Virus record (IMG/VR): IMGVR_UViG_3300021401_000005
Location: 1 to 64,000 of that record
Reading direction: 5' to 3' (one strand)
DNA length: 64,000 nt
Origin: a virus
Lineage: Duplodnaviria > Caudoviricetes
Positions 17,080-25,946 of this stretch are shown here, one piece after another. The notes beneath the pieces are model-generated. The model saw only the letters and a list, made by a program, of their open reading frames with translations. It did not search any database and was not told the origin of the DNA. The position numbers and the translations under genes are program-made. How positions within the stretch are numbered: the stretch's first letter is position 1; each line of letters starts with the position of its first letter.

Positions 17080-17094
17080 TTGCACCAACTGCAA
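17080..17094. promoter_or_regulatory. TTGCA-N5-TGCAA operator
   Basis: TTGCA-ccaac-TGCAA, 10 bp upstream of the minus-strand GGC-NN unit. Confidence 0.65.
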
Positions 17095-17175
17095 GATAAG
17101 AGCCCTTTCGCCCAATTGCAATCGGCGCCATAAACTCACGCCGTTGAAAGGCTGGACCCGAACGAGGGTCAAGCC

Positions 17176-18222
17176 ATGGGCCAATATTCACAGAAGTCGT
17201 TCACGACCGACAAATTGAAAAAATTTGCGGTCAGTGGCAACAACGGCAGCAACGGCGACAAAGCCGAGGCGGCCGACGATTACGGGCGGAAAGCCGCCAA
17301 ATCGAGCGATTCTTCGGCCTTCGCCACGGGCGGGGCGGCGAAGGCGCCATCGCTTGGTCGCGCCGGCAGAGCTGGCGGCGGCCGGGTTGCGCGCGCCGAG
17401 GGCGGCAGGACGCGCGACCTCAGCAAGCTCACCGACGGCGGCCCGGAATCCTATGGCGACCGGCCTCTCATTCGCGCCAAGGGCGGCCGAATCGGGAAGC
17501 AGCTCGGCGGCGCTCTGCCACAAGGGACGCCCCCTGGCTTGGCCGCGCCGCCCCCGGCGGGCCAGATCCCTGGCCTGCCTGGGCTGGGGCGCAAGAAGGG
17601 CGGCCGGGTCGGGCGCTGGAAGGGCGGCCCGTCGTATGACCGGCTCGGCCAGAAAGACGCTATGGCCTCGGACGCCCCCGGTTACGGGGAGGACATCCCT
17701 GGTGGCCGAGAATACTACGACTTCATTCGCGGTGGTCTCGGCACCTCGAAGATCGGAGCGCCGCGAGGCCAAGGCGGCATTGGCTCCGATGAGACCGCTG
17801 AGCCAACGGACCAGCGTCGTGGCGGCCGGGTCGGCCGCGCGCATGGCGGACGCACCAAGGGCAAGGGCAAGACCGTCGTCAACGTCATCGTCGGCGGCCA
17901 CGGCGATCAGCAGCAGCCCCCGCCGCCGCCCGTCATGCCGCATCCAGCGATGCCGCCGCCTCCACCTCCGCCGCAGGCCGCGCCACCGAAGCCGCCGATG
18001 CCGATGGGCATGCCTATGATGCCTCCCGGCGCCATGGGCGGCGCTCCGCCGATGGGCATGCCGCCCCCAGGAGGCGGAGGCATGCCTCCTGGGATGCCGC
18101 CTCCCGGCATGGGCCGCGCTCACGGCGGCCGGATCAACGAGAGATTCGGCGCGGCGTCCGGCCAGGGCCGGATGGAGAAGGCGCGTCGCGAGAACGATGG
18201 AAAGGTGAAGTTGGCCGAATGA
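17176..18222 (+). CDS. disordered basic Gly/Pro-rich protein with about 10 xxxGG motifs
   Basis: FATGG, RAGGG, RAEGG, RAKGG, RKKGG, RWKGG, RAHGG x2; located in the head gene cluster. Confidence 0.7.
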   Translation: MGQYSQKSFTTDKLKKFAVSGNNGSNGDKAEAADDYGRKAAKSSDSSAFATGGAAKAPSLGRAGRAGGGRVARAEGGRTRDLSKLTDGGPESYGDRPLIRAKGGRIGKQLGGALPQGTPPGLAAPPPAGQIPGLPGLGRKKGGRVGRWKGGPSYDRLGQKDAMASDAPGYGEDIPGGREYYDFIRGGLGTSKIGAPRGQGGIGSDETAEPTDQRRGGRVGRAHGGRTKGKGKTVVNVIVGGHGDQQQPPPPPVMPHPAMPPPPPPPQAAPPKPPMPMGMPMMPPGAMGGAPPMGMPPPGGGGMPPGMPPPGMGRAHGGRINERFGAASGQGRMEKARRENDGKVKLAE

Positions 18223-18452
18223 GCATGTTCGTGAACAGCGAATCGGACGATCGCACCATCAACAACGACGTCAGGCATCAGTACCGAGTTCTCACTGATG
18301 CCGAGAAGACGATCATGGTCCGCATCAAGGACGAGGGCGCGCTGTTTCTGGCGATGATCGATTCCGTCATCCCGCAAGGCCGGGAGAACTCGCTCGCTAA
18401 GACGAAGATCGAGGAGGCCGTCATGTGGGCCGTCAAAGGGCTCACGAAATAG
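18219..18452 (+). CDS. Acb2/Tad1-like putative cyclic-nucleotide sponge (anti-defence)
   Basis: YRVLTDAEKTIMVRIKDEG resembles the Acb2 N-terminal helix; RENSLAKTKIEEAVMWA resembles the Tad1/Acb2 C-terminal helix. Confidence 0.6.
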   Translation: MSMFVNSESDDRTINNDVRHQYRVLTDAEKTIMVRIKDEGALFLAMIDSVIPQGRENSLAKTKIEEAVMWAVKGLTK

Positions 18453-18677
18453 ATGGACGCGACCTCAGTCTTCCTCGCCAACAAGCTGATCGAGCGCATC
18501 GAGGCCAAGCAGAAGGAAATGTTGCGTCCGCTGATCAACGGCGCGGCGACTGACTTCCCCGACTACAAAAAACGCGCCGGATACCTTGAGGCGCTTGGTC
18601 ACGTCATCGACTGGATTGGCGAAATCAGCGCCGAAGAAGACGAACACGGAAGAGGCCCAATTGCCCGCGCATCATAG
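18453..18677 (+). CDS. small helical head-region protein
   Basis: LINGAATDFPDYKKRAGYLEAL, typical of the gene preceding phage GroES. Confidence 0.65.
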   Translation: MDATSVFLANKLIERIEAKQKEMLRPLINGAATDFPDYKKRAGYLEALGHVIDWIGEISAEEDEHGRGPIARAS

Positions 18678-19068
18678 AATCGTAACCCTCCATCTGGAGG
18701 ACCCGCGAGACACTATCTGGAACGGTTGCGGCGAGGATCTCGGCAAGGTCGAGCCCTTCAACCAACAGGTGCTCGTCGCGACCTATATCCGCCCCGCCAC
18801 GCGCACCGCGAGCGGCCTGGAGATCGCCGAAGAGGCGGTCGATGAGGATCGCTATCAAGGCAAGATCGGCATGGTCTTGAAGAAGGGGCCGCGCGCTTTC
18901 GTCGATGACGGTCCGGTCCAGTTTTATGGCCAGAATGTTGAGCCTGGGGACTGGGTGGTCTTCCGGGGTTCTGACGGCCTCAAGAGCATGATCGGCTCCC
19001 GCGAGGTCCGGTTCATTCCCGACGTTTTCATCAAGGCGAAAATCGATCACCCGGACGCGGTATTCTGA
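18661..19068 (+). CDS. GroES-like co-chaperonin
   Basis: VEPFNQQVLV..RTASGLEI..GMVLKKGP..VEPGDWVVF; TTG start inferred. Confidence 0.8.
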   Translation: MPAHHRIVTLHLEDPRDTIWNGCGEDLGKVEPFNQQVLVATYIRPATRTASGLEIAEEAVDEDRYQGKIGMVLKKGPRAFVDDGPVQFYGQNVEPGDWVVFRGSDGLKSMIGSREVRFIPDVFIKAKIDHPDAVF

Positions 19069-20129
19069 TGCCACGAGAGACGGACGACCCCGAGCAGGCG
19101 ACGCACTTCGGCGCGCTGATCGACGAACCGGACGACGATCTCTCGCCGGAGGAGCGATTAGAGCCGAAAACCGTCGTTGTCGGCGGCGCGCCGGTCCGCA
19201 AGGGCGACAAAAAGCCCACGCCGGCCGAGGTAGACTCGCCGATGCGGGCGTCGCCGGAGCCCCCGCCGGAGGATGAGGGCGTCCTTGAGCTGAAGCGCCA
19301 GCTCGCCAACCAGCAAAGTATGACGGCGCGCGCGGCCCAAGTGGCCCAGGCCGAGCACCAGCGGCGCATCCAGGCCGAACGCGGCCTAACCCAGTCGAAT
19401 GTGCAGATGGTCGACGCCGCGATCGAGGCGGCGAAGCGCGATTCCGAACAGGCGCGAGCCTACTTCCAGGGCGCGCTCGATCGCGGCGACCACAAGGGCG
19501 CGTCCGAGGCCCAGGTCCTGCTCTCCGACGCCCGAGCCAACCTTCTGCGGCTGATGGAGATGCGCGAAGGCGTCGTCGCCGAGGCGCAGCAGCAGCCACA
19601 GCAGCAGCCGCAGCCGAGGCAGGCGCCGCAACCGCAGCGCCAGTACACGGACCCCAGCCAGCTGATGCAGGCCAACGTCCAAAACCTCTCCGGCCACCTC
19701 GACCGAACCGGCTTCCCGAAGAGCGCTGCGTGGATCAGGTCCCACCCCGAGGCGGTCAAGGATCAGGCGGCGATCGACTCGGTCGACGGCGCGCACAACG
19801 CTGCCGTCAAGACGTTCAAATTGATCCCCGAAACAGACGCCTACTTCGACAAAATCGAGGAGCTGCTTGGCGCAGGAGAAGACCGACAGATGGGACCACA
19901 GACGCGCCAGGGCCAGCGCCAGATGGGCCAGTTGCAGCGAAACATGGCCGCGCCGGCCCGCGCCGAAGCGCCAAGCTTGCGCACCGGCCGCACGCGCGGC
20001 ACGGCGGTCGCGCTCACCGCTCGCCAGCGTGAGCATGCCCGCGACGTCCTCGGCATGAGCGACGACGAGTACGCGGCCGAGCTGCTCGACGCTCAGTCGC
20101 GAGGCAAAATGTTGGGAGCCCGCTCATGA
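19068..20129 (+). CDS. putative capsid scaffolding protein
   Basis: Acidic N-terminus, coiled coil, C-terminal VALTARQREHARDVLGMSDDEYA; upstream of the capsid genes. Confidence 0.7.
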   Translation: MPRETDDPEQATHFGALIDEPDDDLSPEERLEPKTVVVGGAPVRKGDKKPTPAEVDSPMRASPEPPPEDEGVLELKRQLANQQSMTARAAQVAQAEHQRRIQAERGLTQSNVQMVDAAIEAAKRDSEQARAYFQGALDRGDHKGASEAQVLLSDARANLLRLMEMREGVVAEAQQQPQQQPQPRQAPQPQRQYTDPSQLMQANVQNLSGHLDRTGFPKSAAWIRSHPEAVKDQAAIDSVDGAHNAAVKTFKLIPETDAYFDKIEELLGAGEDRQMGPQTRQGQRQMGQLQRNMAAPARAEAPSLRTGRTRGTAVALTARQREHARDVLGMSDDEYAAELLDAQSRGKMLGARS

Positions 20130-20698
20130 CCCTTCGTACCAACGGCGACGAGGAGCCGGCCGGCTTCATGGGTGCTAGGCGTCCAGGCATCCGAACTGAA
20201 GAAGAAGCCCGCCCTGGCTACGTCGACCACGCCGAGCGTGCGCGGCTTAGGATCTCCGAGCTGCGCGCCCAGTACGGCGATCTCGATGACGAGGGAGATG
20301 GCGATCTCTACCTCGACCGCTTCTATGCCGAAGCGCCTCCCGGCTGGACCTATGAGTGGAAAACCCACACGGTCTTCAATAAGACGTTCCCCCATTACAC
20401 GAACCAGCTGCTTAGGAGTGGTTGGTCGCCGGTTCCGGCCAACCGCCACCGCGAGCTTCTGTATCCTGAATACACGGATGAGTCCGTGATTCTGGACGGC
20501 CTTATGTTGATGGAAAGGCCTAAAGAACTGACTGATCGGCGCAGGATGCGCGAGCGCATCAAAGCGACCGAGCAAGTAAGGACGTCCGAGGCGAAGTTGG
20601 TTGAGGCGCCACCCGGGACGGCGCCACGCGATCAGCATCGGAAAACGCATCCTCGGGTGGGGTCCACCGTGGGTCCCATAGGCATTCCCGACGACTAG
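20126..20698 (+). CDS. conserved head-region hypothetical protein
   Basis: APPGWTYEWK..GWSPVP..DGLMLMERP. Confidence 0.7.
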   Translation: MTLRTNGDEEPAGFMGARRPGIRTEEEARPGYVDHAERARLRISELRAQYGDLDDEGDGDLYLDRFYAEAPPGWTYEWKTHTVFNKTFPHYTNQLLRSGWSPVPANRHRELLYPEYTDESVILDGLMLMERPKELTDRRRMRERIKATEQVRTSEAKLVEAPPGTAPRDQHRKTHPRVGSTVGPIGIPDD

Positions 20699-20700
20699 CC

Positions 20701-20745
20701 TTGACAGATCGCCGAATCTTGCGCGAGAAACTGAACCGCCACCGA
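20701..20745 (+). promoter_or_regulatory. putative late promoter of the capsid operon
   Basis: TTGACA at 20701 opening a roughly 240-bp intergenic leader; shares blocks with 10328-10410. Confidence 0.45.
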
Positions 20746-20940
20746 CAAGTGCGTAATTCGGAGCCTCGCGAGCATCGGAAAGCGCAAACTCCGGACGGGC
20801 AACACCGTCGGCCCATGGCATTCCCGACTTAGGCGGTAGGTGAGGGTGCGGCGCTCGTGCTCTCGCTTGAAAGACTGCAAGTCACGTCCGGCGCTCGGTG
20901 TGACGAACCCTGAAATCCCGCAATCGCGGAAGGGATCGTC

Positions 20941-21540
20941 ATGGCCAATACGAATGCGCCTTTCGGCTTCGCTGACTCACACCGCCTCGGCGCCGCCGTC
21001 AATTATCAGATGTCCCGCCGCTGGATCTCGGCCAGCAACCCCACTCCCATTTTCACGGGCGATCCAATCGTCCAGCTCTCGACCGGCTACATCGCCCAGG
21101 CCGCCCCTAGCGGGACCCAGATCGGCGGCATCTTTGTCGGTTGCGAGTATATGTCGGCGTCGCAGAAGAAGTGGATCGCCGTCCCGTATTGGCCTGGGAA
21201 CGACGCGGTCCTGAGTGGCTCCGGCTTCGACGTCCAGGCGAAAATCATTGACGATCCGCTGACCGTCTTCAGGGTTCAGGGCAACGGCTCGATCACGCTC
21301 GCGATGGTGGGCATGAACGGCCAGTTTGCGATCGGCACGGGCAATACGGTGAGCGGCAGATCGGGCGCGACGCTCGATGTGGTGACCAACATACCCGCTG
21401 TGACGGCGGGCTTCCCGTTCCGCATCATCGACCTCGTTCGGGACCCGCCGGGGAGCCAGGGGGCGGATCTGACGACGCCCTACAATTGGGCCTACGTCAC
21501 CTTCAATAATCAGGATTACAAATCCCTAACGGGCATCTGA
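20941..21540 (+). CDS. putative capsid decoration/cement protein
   Basis: MANTNAPFGF..IFTGDPI..GIFVGCEY..IIDDP; directly before the major capsid gene. Confidence 0.7.
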   Translation: MANTNAPFGFADSHRLGAAVNYQMSRRWISASNPTPIFTGDPIVQLSTGYIAQAAPSGTQIGGIFVGCEYMSASQKKWIAVPYWPGNDAVLSGSGFDVQAKIIDDPLTVFRVQGNGSITLAMVGMNGQFAIGTGNTVSGRSGATLDVVTNIPAVTAGFPFRIIDLVRDPPGSQGADLTTPYNWAYVTFNNQDYKSLTGI

Positions 21541-21554
21541 GGAGGATCTGACCG

Positions 21555-22469
21555 ATGGCTGTCTCAGTCGCCCAGGCTTATGACCTCCTGTTTCCCGGCC
21601 TCCGAAAGGTGGCGGGGCAGTACAAGGACATCGACCGGATTTATCCGAAAATCTATAAGGTCGATAAATCCAACATGTCCGTGGAGCGCACCGCCTCGAT
21701 GCGCTTCCTCGGCCTCGCTGCACTGAAGAACGAGGGCGGACCGACCACTTTCGATAATCAGGCCGGCGAGAGGTACGTCTATAACCAGTACCACAAGGAA
21801 ATCGGCCTCGGGTACGCCTTCACCCGAAAGATGATCGACGACAATCTGTACAAGAGACAATGGCAGCCATCGAACCTCGGGCTGCAAAAGTCTTTCAATC
21901 AGACCAAGGAAATCTACGGGGCTTATCCCCTCAACAACGCGACGGTTTACGACCCCACGATCTTAGGGGATCAGCAACCGCTTTGCTCGCTCAATCATCC
22001 TATCGACACGGGCGTCGTTCCCAACCGCTTCGCCGTCGACATGGATCTGAACGAGGCCTCGCTGCTCAGCGCCCAGGCCTCGATTCGCGGCTTGTTCCGC
22101 GACAACGCCGGCCTCCGCATGCAGGCCCGCGCCCGCAAGCTGGTCGTCCCCATCGCGCTCGAACCGATCGCCATCCGGCTGCTAAGAACAGTCTTGCGTC
22201 CTGGCACCAGCGACAATGACGTCAACGCAATTCCGGAGACCTCTGGAGGTATTCCCGATGGTCATCTGGTGCATGATTACCTGACATCGCCGACAGCTTG
22301 GTTCGTAATGACGGATCAAGAAGGCTTGCTATACTTGCAGCGAGTGTCATTTGAGCTTGATATGCAAGTGGACTTTACTAGCGACAACTTGCTTGTGAAG
22401 GGTTACGAGCGCTATAGCTTCGGCTATTTCGACTTCAGAGCGATCTGGGGTTCGTTCCCTACCCAATAA
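21555..22469 (+). CDS. major capsid protein
   Basis: RBS GAGGAGG; LLFPGL, KNEGG, LCSLNHP, RKLVVP, YLTSPTAWF, YERYSFGYFDFRAIWGS. Confidence 0.88.
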   Translation: MAVSVAQAYDLLFPGLRKVAGQYKDIDRIYPKIYKVDKSNMSVERTASMRFLGLAALKNEGGPTTFDNQAGERYVYNQYHKEIGLGYAFTRKMIDDNLYKRQWQPSNLGLQKSFNQTKEIYGAYPLNNATVYDPTILGDQQPLCSLNHPIDTGVVPNRFAVDMDLNEASLLSAQASIRGLFRDNAGLRMQARARKLVVPIALEPIAIRLLRTVLRPGTSDNDVNAIPETSGGIPDGHLVHDYLTSPTAWFVMTDQEGLLYLQRVSFELDMQVDFTSDNLLVKGYERYSFGYFDFRAIWGSFPTQ

Positions 22470-22483
22470 ACTGAGGAAATACG

Positions 22484-23704
22484 ATGGCCAAGGAAACATT
22501 TACCGGGCCAATCCTCGTCCTCGGTGGGCTGGCTGGCGGTCCTAGCGGCGGGCAACCGAGGGAATATTCGGACGAGATCGGCCCCTCGCTGTTCTGGGGC
22601 GGCTACGGGATTCCTGCGACCGGCGCGGTTGCCAGCAAGGATAAAACCGGCCCGGGGACGATCCCCTGCATCACCGGGGCGAGCCCGATCAAGACGGTCA
22701 GCGTGCCCGTGACCCCCGGCGCAGCCGCGCTAACCACCGCCGCCAATGCCGTCGCCGGCACGCCCTTGCCGAACCTGACGACTTACAACGCTGGCCGCGC
22801 GCCCGTTCCGGCCCTCGTCGGCGGCCAGACGGTGAACGCCATCGCCTTGGACATGGGCATCGACACGGCCACCTTCCAAACGGCTGGAACGGTGACGCTG
22901 GCGGTCGCCGCCAACGCATGGCGCTATTCGAGACCCGGCATGTGGCTGGCGCTGCTCAACGGCGGCGTTGCCGGCGCGTGCTTCTTCACCCAGGTCCGGT
23001 CCGTCAACCTCGCCACGGGCGTGATCACCGTCTCCCCCGCGCCGACAAGCGCGAACAATGCGACCGGCCAGATCTCGTTCACCAGCCGCTTCAACCCGAA
23101 CAGCTACGGCTTCCCGGCGCCGACCGGCGTGTCGGGCGAAGCGCCCGCCGGGAGCGCGCGCATCAGCATTCCGGAGATGGGCAACGGGCGCGGCGTCGGC
23201 GTGACGGGCGTCGCGGGCGGCACGGGTGGCCCCGTCCTGATCCAGGGCGTCGATGTTTTCGGCGCGCCCACCAGCGAAATCATCGTCGCCGGGGCCGGCG
23301 CGGGCACGACCTGGGGCAAGAAAACCTACGACGTGTTCATCTCGGCGACGCCGCAGTTCACCAACGCCGCCAACTATACCGTCGTCACCTCCGACCTCAT
23401 CGGCTTGCCGATTACCCTGCTCGGGCCGAGCGGCCTCTATGCGGTGATCTTCGGCGCCACGACGGAACCAGCGGCGGATTACACCATCGTCCCCGGCGAC
23501 CTGACCTTCCCGGCCACGCAAACGACCGGCGATCCGCGTGGCGGCATTCAAGTCACCGCCAATGGTCCGGCGGCTGCGCCTGGAACGCCGCTCGTCCTCG
23601 ACGGCACGACCGTGCTCCAGATTTGGCAGATACTGGACCCGCTCCAAGTCGCGCTTGCGACCACGACCAATCCCGGTCCATTGCTGGGCGTGCCATCGGT
23701 TTAA
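22484..23704 (+). CDS. putative virion structural protein
   Basis: Ala/Gly/Thr-rich, beta-type composition; follows the capsid gene; RBS GAGG. Confidence 0.7.
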   Translation: MAKETFTGPILVLGGLAGGPSGGQPREYSDEIGPSLFWGGYGIPATGAVASKDKTGPGTIPCITGASPIKTVSVPVTPGAAALTTAANAVAGTPLPNLTTYNAGRAPVPALVGGQTVNAIALDMGIDTATFQTAGTVTLAVAANAWRYSRPGMWLALLNGGVAGACFFTQVRSVNLATGVITVSPAPTSANNATGQISFTSRFNPNSYGFPAPTGVSGEAPAGSARISIPEMGNGRGVGVTGVAGGTGGPVLIQGVDVFGAPTSEIIVAGAGAGTTWGKKTYDVFISATPQFTNAANYTVVTSDLIGLPITLLGPSGLYAVIFGATTEPAADYTIVPGDLTFPATQTTGDPRGGIQVTANGPAAAPGTPLVLDGTTVLQIWQILDPLQVALATTTNPGPLLGVPSV

Positions 23705-23714
23705 GGAGGCTTCG

Positions 23715-24098
23715 ATGCGAGGCGAATCGGGTCGCAGTAATCGGGCGTCTGGCGGCAGCGCGCTCAAGAAGCAGTCAGCCAAGCATGTCGTGCGTGAGGC
23801 GAAAGGCGCCCATCCGCACAACGAGCCTGACGACGCCACCTCGCGCGGCGATGGACCGATCTTCCGCGCCAAGGGCGGCAAGGTGAAGAAATTCGCCGAC
23901 GGCGGCGCGCTCAAGCGGGCCTTCGGCGGCGCAACGATCGGCGGCGGCGGCAAGAAGCCCTCGGCAGGGCGAGCCGCTCGCGCACGCGGCGGCGGCGTCG
24001 GCGCGGATCTGCATCCCAAAACGCACGAGGGTGGCTCCGGACCGAAAGGCCGCAAGATCATGAGCGATTCGGAGAAAGAACCCGAGGACTGCAACTAA
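23715..24098 (+). CDS. small basic protein with repeated xxxGG motifs
   Basis: RBS AAGGAGG; RASGG, RAKGG, FADGG, RAFGG, RARGG. Confidence 0.7.
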   Translation: MRGESGRSNRASGGSALKKQSAKHVVREAKGAHPHNEPDDATSRGDGPIFRAKGGKVKKFADGGALKRAFGGATIGGGGKKPSAGRAARARGGGVGADLHPKTHEGGSGPKGRKIMSDSEKEPEDCN

Positions 24099-24171
24099 TT
24101 CGGAGAGACGCCCGCGACTTTTGTCGAACCGGCAGCCCAGCCTCTCAACACCCGGGCGTCTATATCCGCAT

Positions 24172-24200
24172 ACGCCGCCCTCCAAGGCGGCGTTTTCTTT
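24172..24200 (+). terminator. intrinsic terminator after the capsid operon
   Basis: ACGCCGCC-CTCCAA-GGCGGCGT followed by TTTCTTT. Confidence 0.65.
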
Positions 24201-24211
24201 AGGAGAGTTGA

Positions 24212-24550
24212 ATGCGCCCGATCTCAGTGACCCAGGCAGGCGTAGGCGCATCGCAAATGGTGCGCTTGGATGAGTGGGCGGACGCGCCAGTCGGCATTCA
24301 GGTCTCGATCCTCGCGGGCTCGCCAACCTTCACGGTCCAACATTCGTTCGACGACCCGAATGACTTGATCAATCCCGTGCCTGTGGGGAGCATGTTCTGG
24401 GATACAGGGCTCGTCCCGGCTGGAGCTGTCGGCGGGACGGCGGGTCTGACCTTCTCGATAGCGACCGCGCCGCTCTGGATGAGGCTCAACGTGACCGCAG
24501 CGGGCACGGCCAAGATGGTCGTCACGCAATACAATGTCGTTGAGGGATGA
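24212..24550 (+). CDS. small virion protein, paralog 1
   Basis: HSFDDPNDLINPVPVGSMFWD; RBS AGGAG. Confidence 0.75.
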   Translation: MRPISVTQAGVGASQMVRLDEWADAPVGIQVSILAGSPTFTVQHSFDDPNDLINPVPVGSMFWDTGLVPAGAVGGTAGLTFSIATAPLWMRLNVTAAGTAKMVVTQYNVVEG

Positions 24551-24989
24551 TGTGCGCGCGATCACCGCCGTCGTGAGTCCGGGATCAGCCAACCTTCAGG
24601 CGATGATCCGCATGGACAATTTCGCGACGGCGGTCCTCGGCGGCCAAATCATCGCCTCGGGCGGCGCCACGTATCAGCTCAGACATTCGTGCGACGACCC
24701 GAACGACCTCGTGAATCCGGTGCCGGTCAACTCGATGTTCTGGGACAACTCGCTCCTGCCAACCGAGATGCAGCCCACTCCCGCGACCGCGAGCGGCAGC
24801 TTTCAGATAATGGCCACGCCGTTGTGGTTCAGGCTTCTCCTCGTCAATGGGCAAGGCTCGGTGCGCTTGACGCTGCTTCAGGTGGGCGAGCACAGCCACT
24901 CGAACATCACCCAAGGGCCGTTCGCGCCGGCTGGTACTGTCGACGATGAGGTGCCCGAAGGCTCGAACTTTAGGGCGATGATGAAATGA
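24534..24989 (+). CDS. small virion protein, paralog 2
   Basis: HSCDDPNDLVNPVPVNSMFWD; start uncertain. Confidence 0.7.
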   Translation: MSLRDDVRAITAVVSPGSANLQAMIRMDNFATAVLGGQIIASGGATYQLRHSCDDPNDLVNPVPVNSMFWDNSLLPTEMQPTPATASGSFQIMATPLWFRLLLVNGQGSVRLTLLQVGEHSHSNITQGPFAPAGTVDDEVPEGSNFRAMMK

Positions 24990-25942
24990 GGGCGCTCACC
25001 GCCATCGCGACTCCAGCAGCGCCATCGCCGATGGTCTGCCTCGATTCGTGGGCGGGTTCGATGCTGGGCGTTCAGGTCGTCCCATCGGGTGGCGCGCAAT
25101 TCACGATTGACTACAGCTTCGACAACCCGAATGACTTGATCTCGCCCGTTCCAGCTGGGTCCATGTCCTTCGACAGCTCGATGGTTCCGGCTGGGGCAGT
25201 TGGCGGGGCGGCTAGCGTAAGCTTTCAGATCCCGGCCGCGCCGATCTGGGGGCGGCTAAGGCTTCTGAACGGTTTGGGTCAGGTGCGCGCGGTCTTTCTC
25301 CAGCCAGGAAAGCGCGCCTATCCGCCCGCCGTTAGCGGGGCGCCTCCGGTTGTCACTTCGGTCTGGAGCCCCTCGGACGCCGCCGCCAATGGCATGACGC
25401 TCACCAATGGCGGGCTGACGGTGACGCCGTCTGGTTTTGTTGGCAATCAAGCCATACGGGGAAGTATAAGTCATAACACTGGCAGGTATTATGTTGAATT
25501 TTTGACCACTGTAGCGGCGGTAAATGGGAATATGATGTTTGGAATGGCCGATACAACTTTCAATGCGGCCGATCAATATCCAGGATCGAATGGAATTTCT
25601 TTTGGTTTCCAATTGGCTGGAGCAACCTATCAGACGGCTGGTTTTACCGCTCACTTCACTCCTACAGCGACGCCAAATGCCAATGATGTGTTTGCGTTTG
25701 CGGTGGATTTTGATGCTGGCGCAGTCTGGATGGCTTTAAACAATGTTTGGTATGGCGAAGGCAATCCAACCGTTGGTATTGGAGTAAATCCGACCATGAC
25801 TATGAGTGCAGCGCCTGCTCTTGGCGCTGCACTTTTTCCTGCTTTGGGATTTTACGGGTCAAGCCAAGGCGTCTGGACCCTTCAGCCGACCGCCGCCAGC
25901 CAGAAGTACGCCCCGCCAACCGGGTTCAGCCGATGGGGATGA
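24986..25942 (+). CDS. paralog 3 fused to a SPRY/B30.2-like domain
   Basis: YSFDNPNDLISPVPAGSMSFD, then LTNGGLTV..SHNTGRYYVEF..DVFAFAVDFDAGAVW..LFPA. Confidence 0.75.
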   Translation: MRALTAIATPAAPSPMVCLDSWAGSMLGVQVVPSGGAQFTIDYSFDNPNDLISPVPAGSMSFDSSMVPAGAVGGAASVSFQIPAAPIWGRLRLLNGLGQVRAVFLQPGKRAYPPAVSGAPPVVTSVWSPSDAAANGMTLTNGGLTVTPSGFVGNQAIRGSISHNTGRYYVEFLTTVAAVNGNMMFGMADTTFNAADQYPGSNGISFGFQLAGATYQTAGFTAHFTPTATPNANDVFAFAVDFDAGAVWMALNNVWYGEGNPTVGIGVNPTMTMSAAPALGAALFPALGFYGSSQGVWTLQPTAASQKYAPPTGFSRWG

Positions 25943-25946
25943 TCTG

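Noticed and set aside
22730-24094. Long antisense ORFs here and at 36156-37445, 38346-39524 and similar
   Set aside because: Shadow ORFs opposite well-supported genes in high-GC DNA
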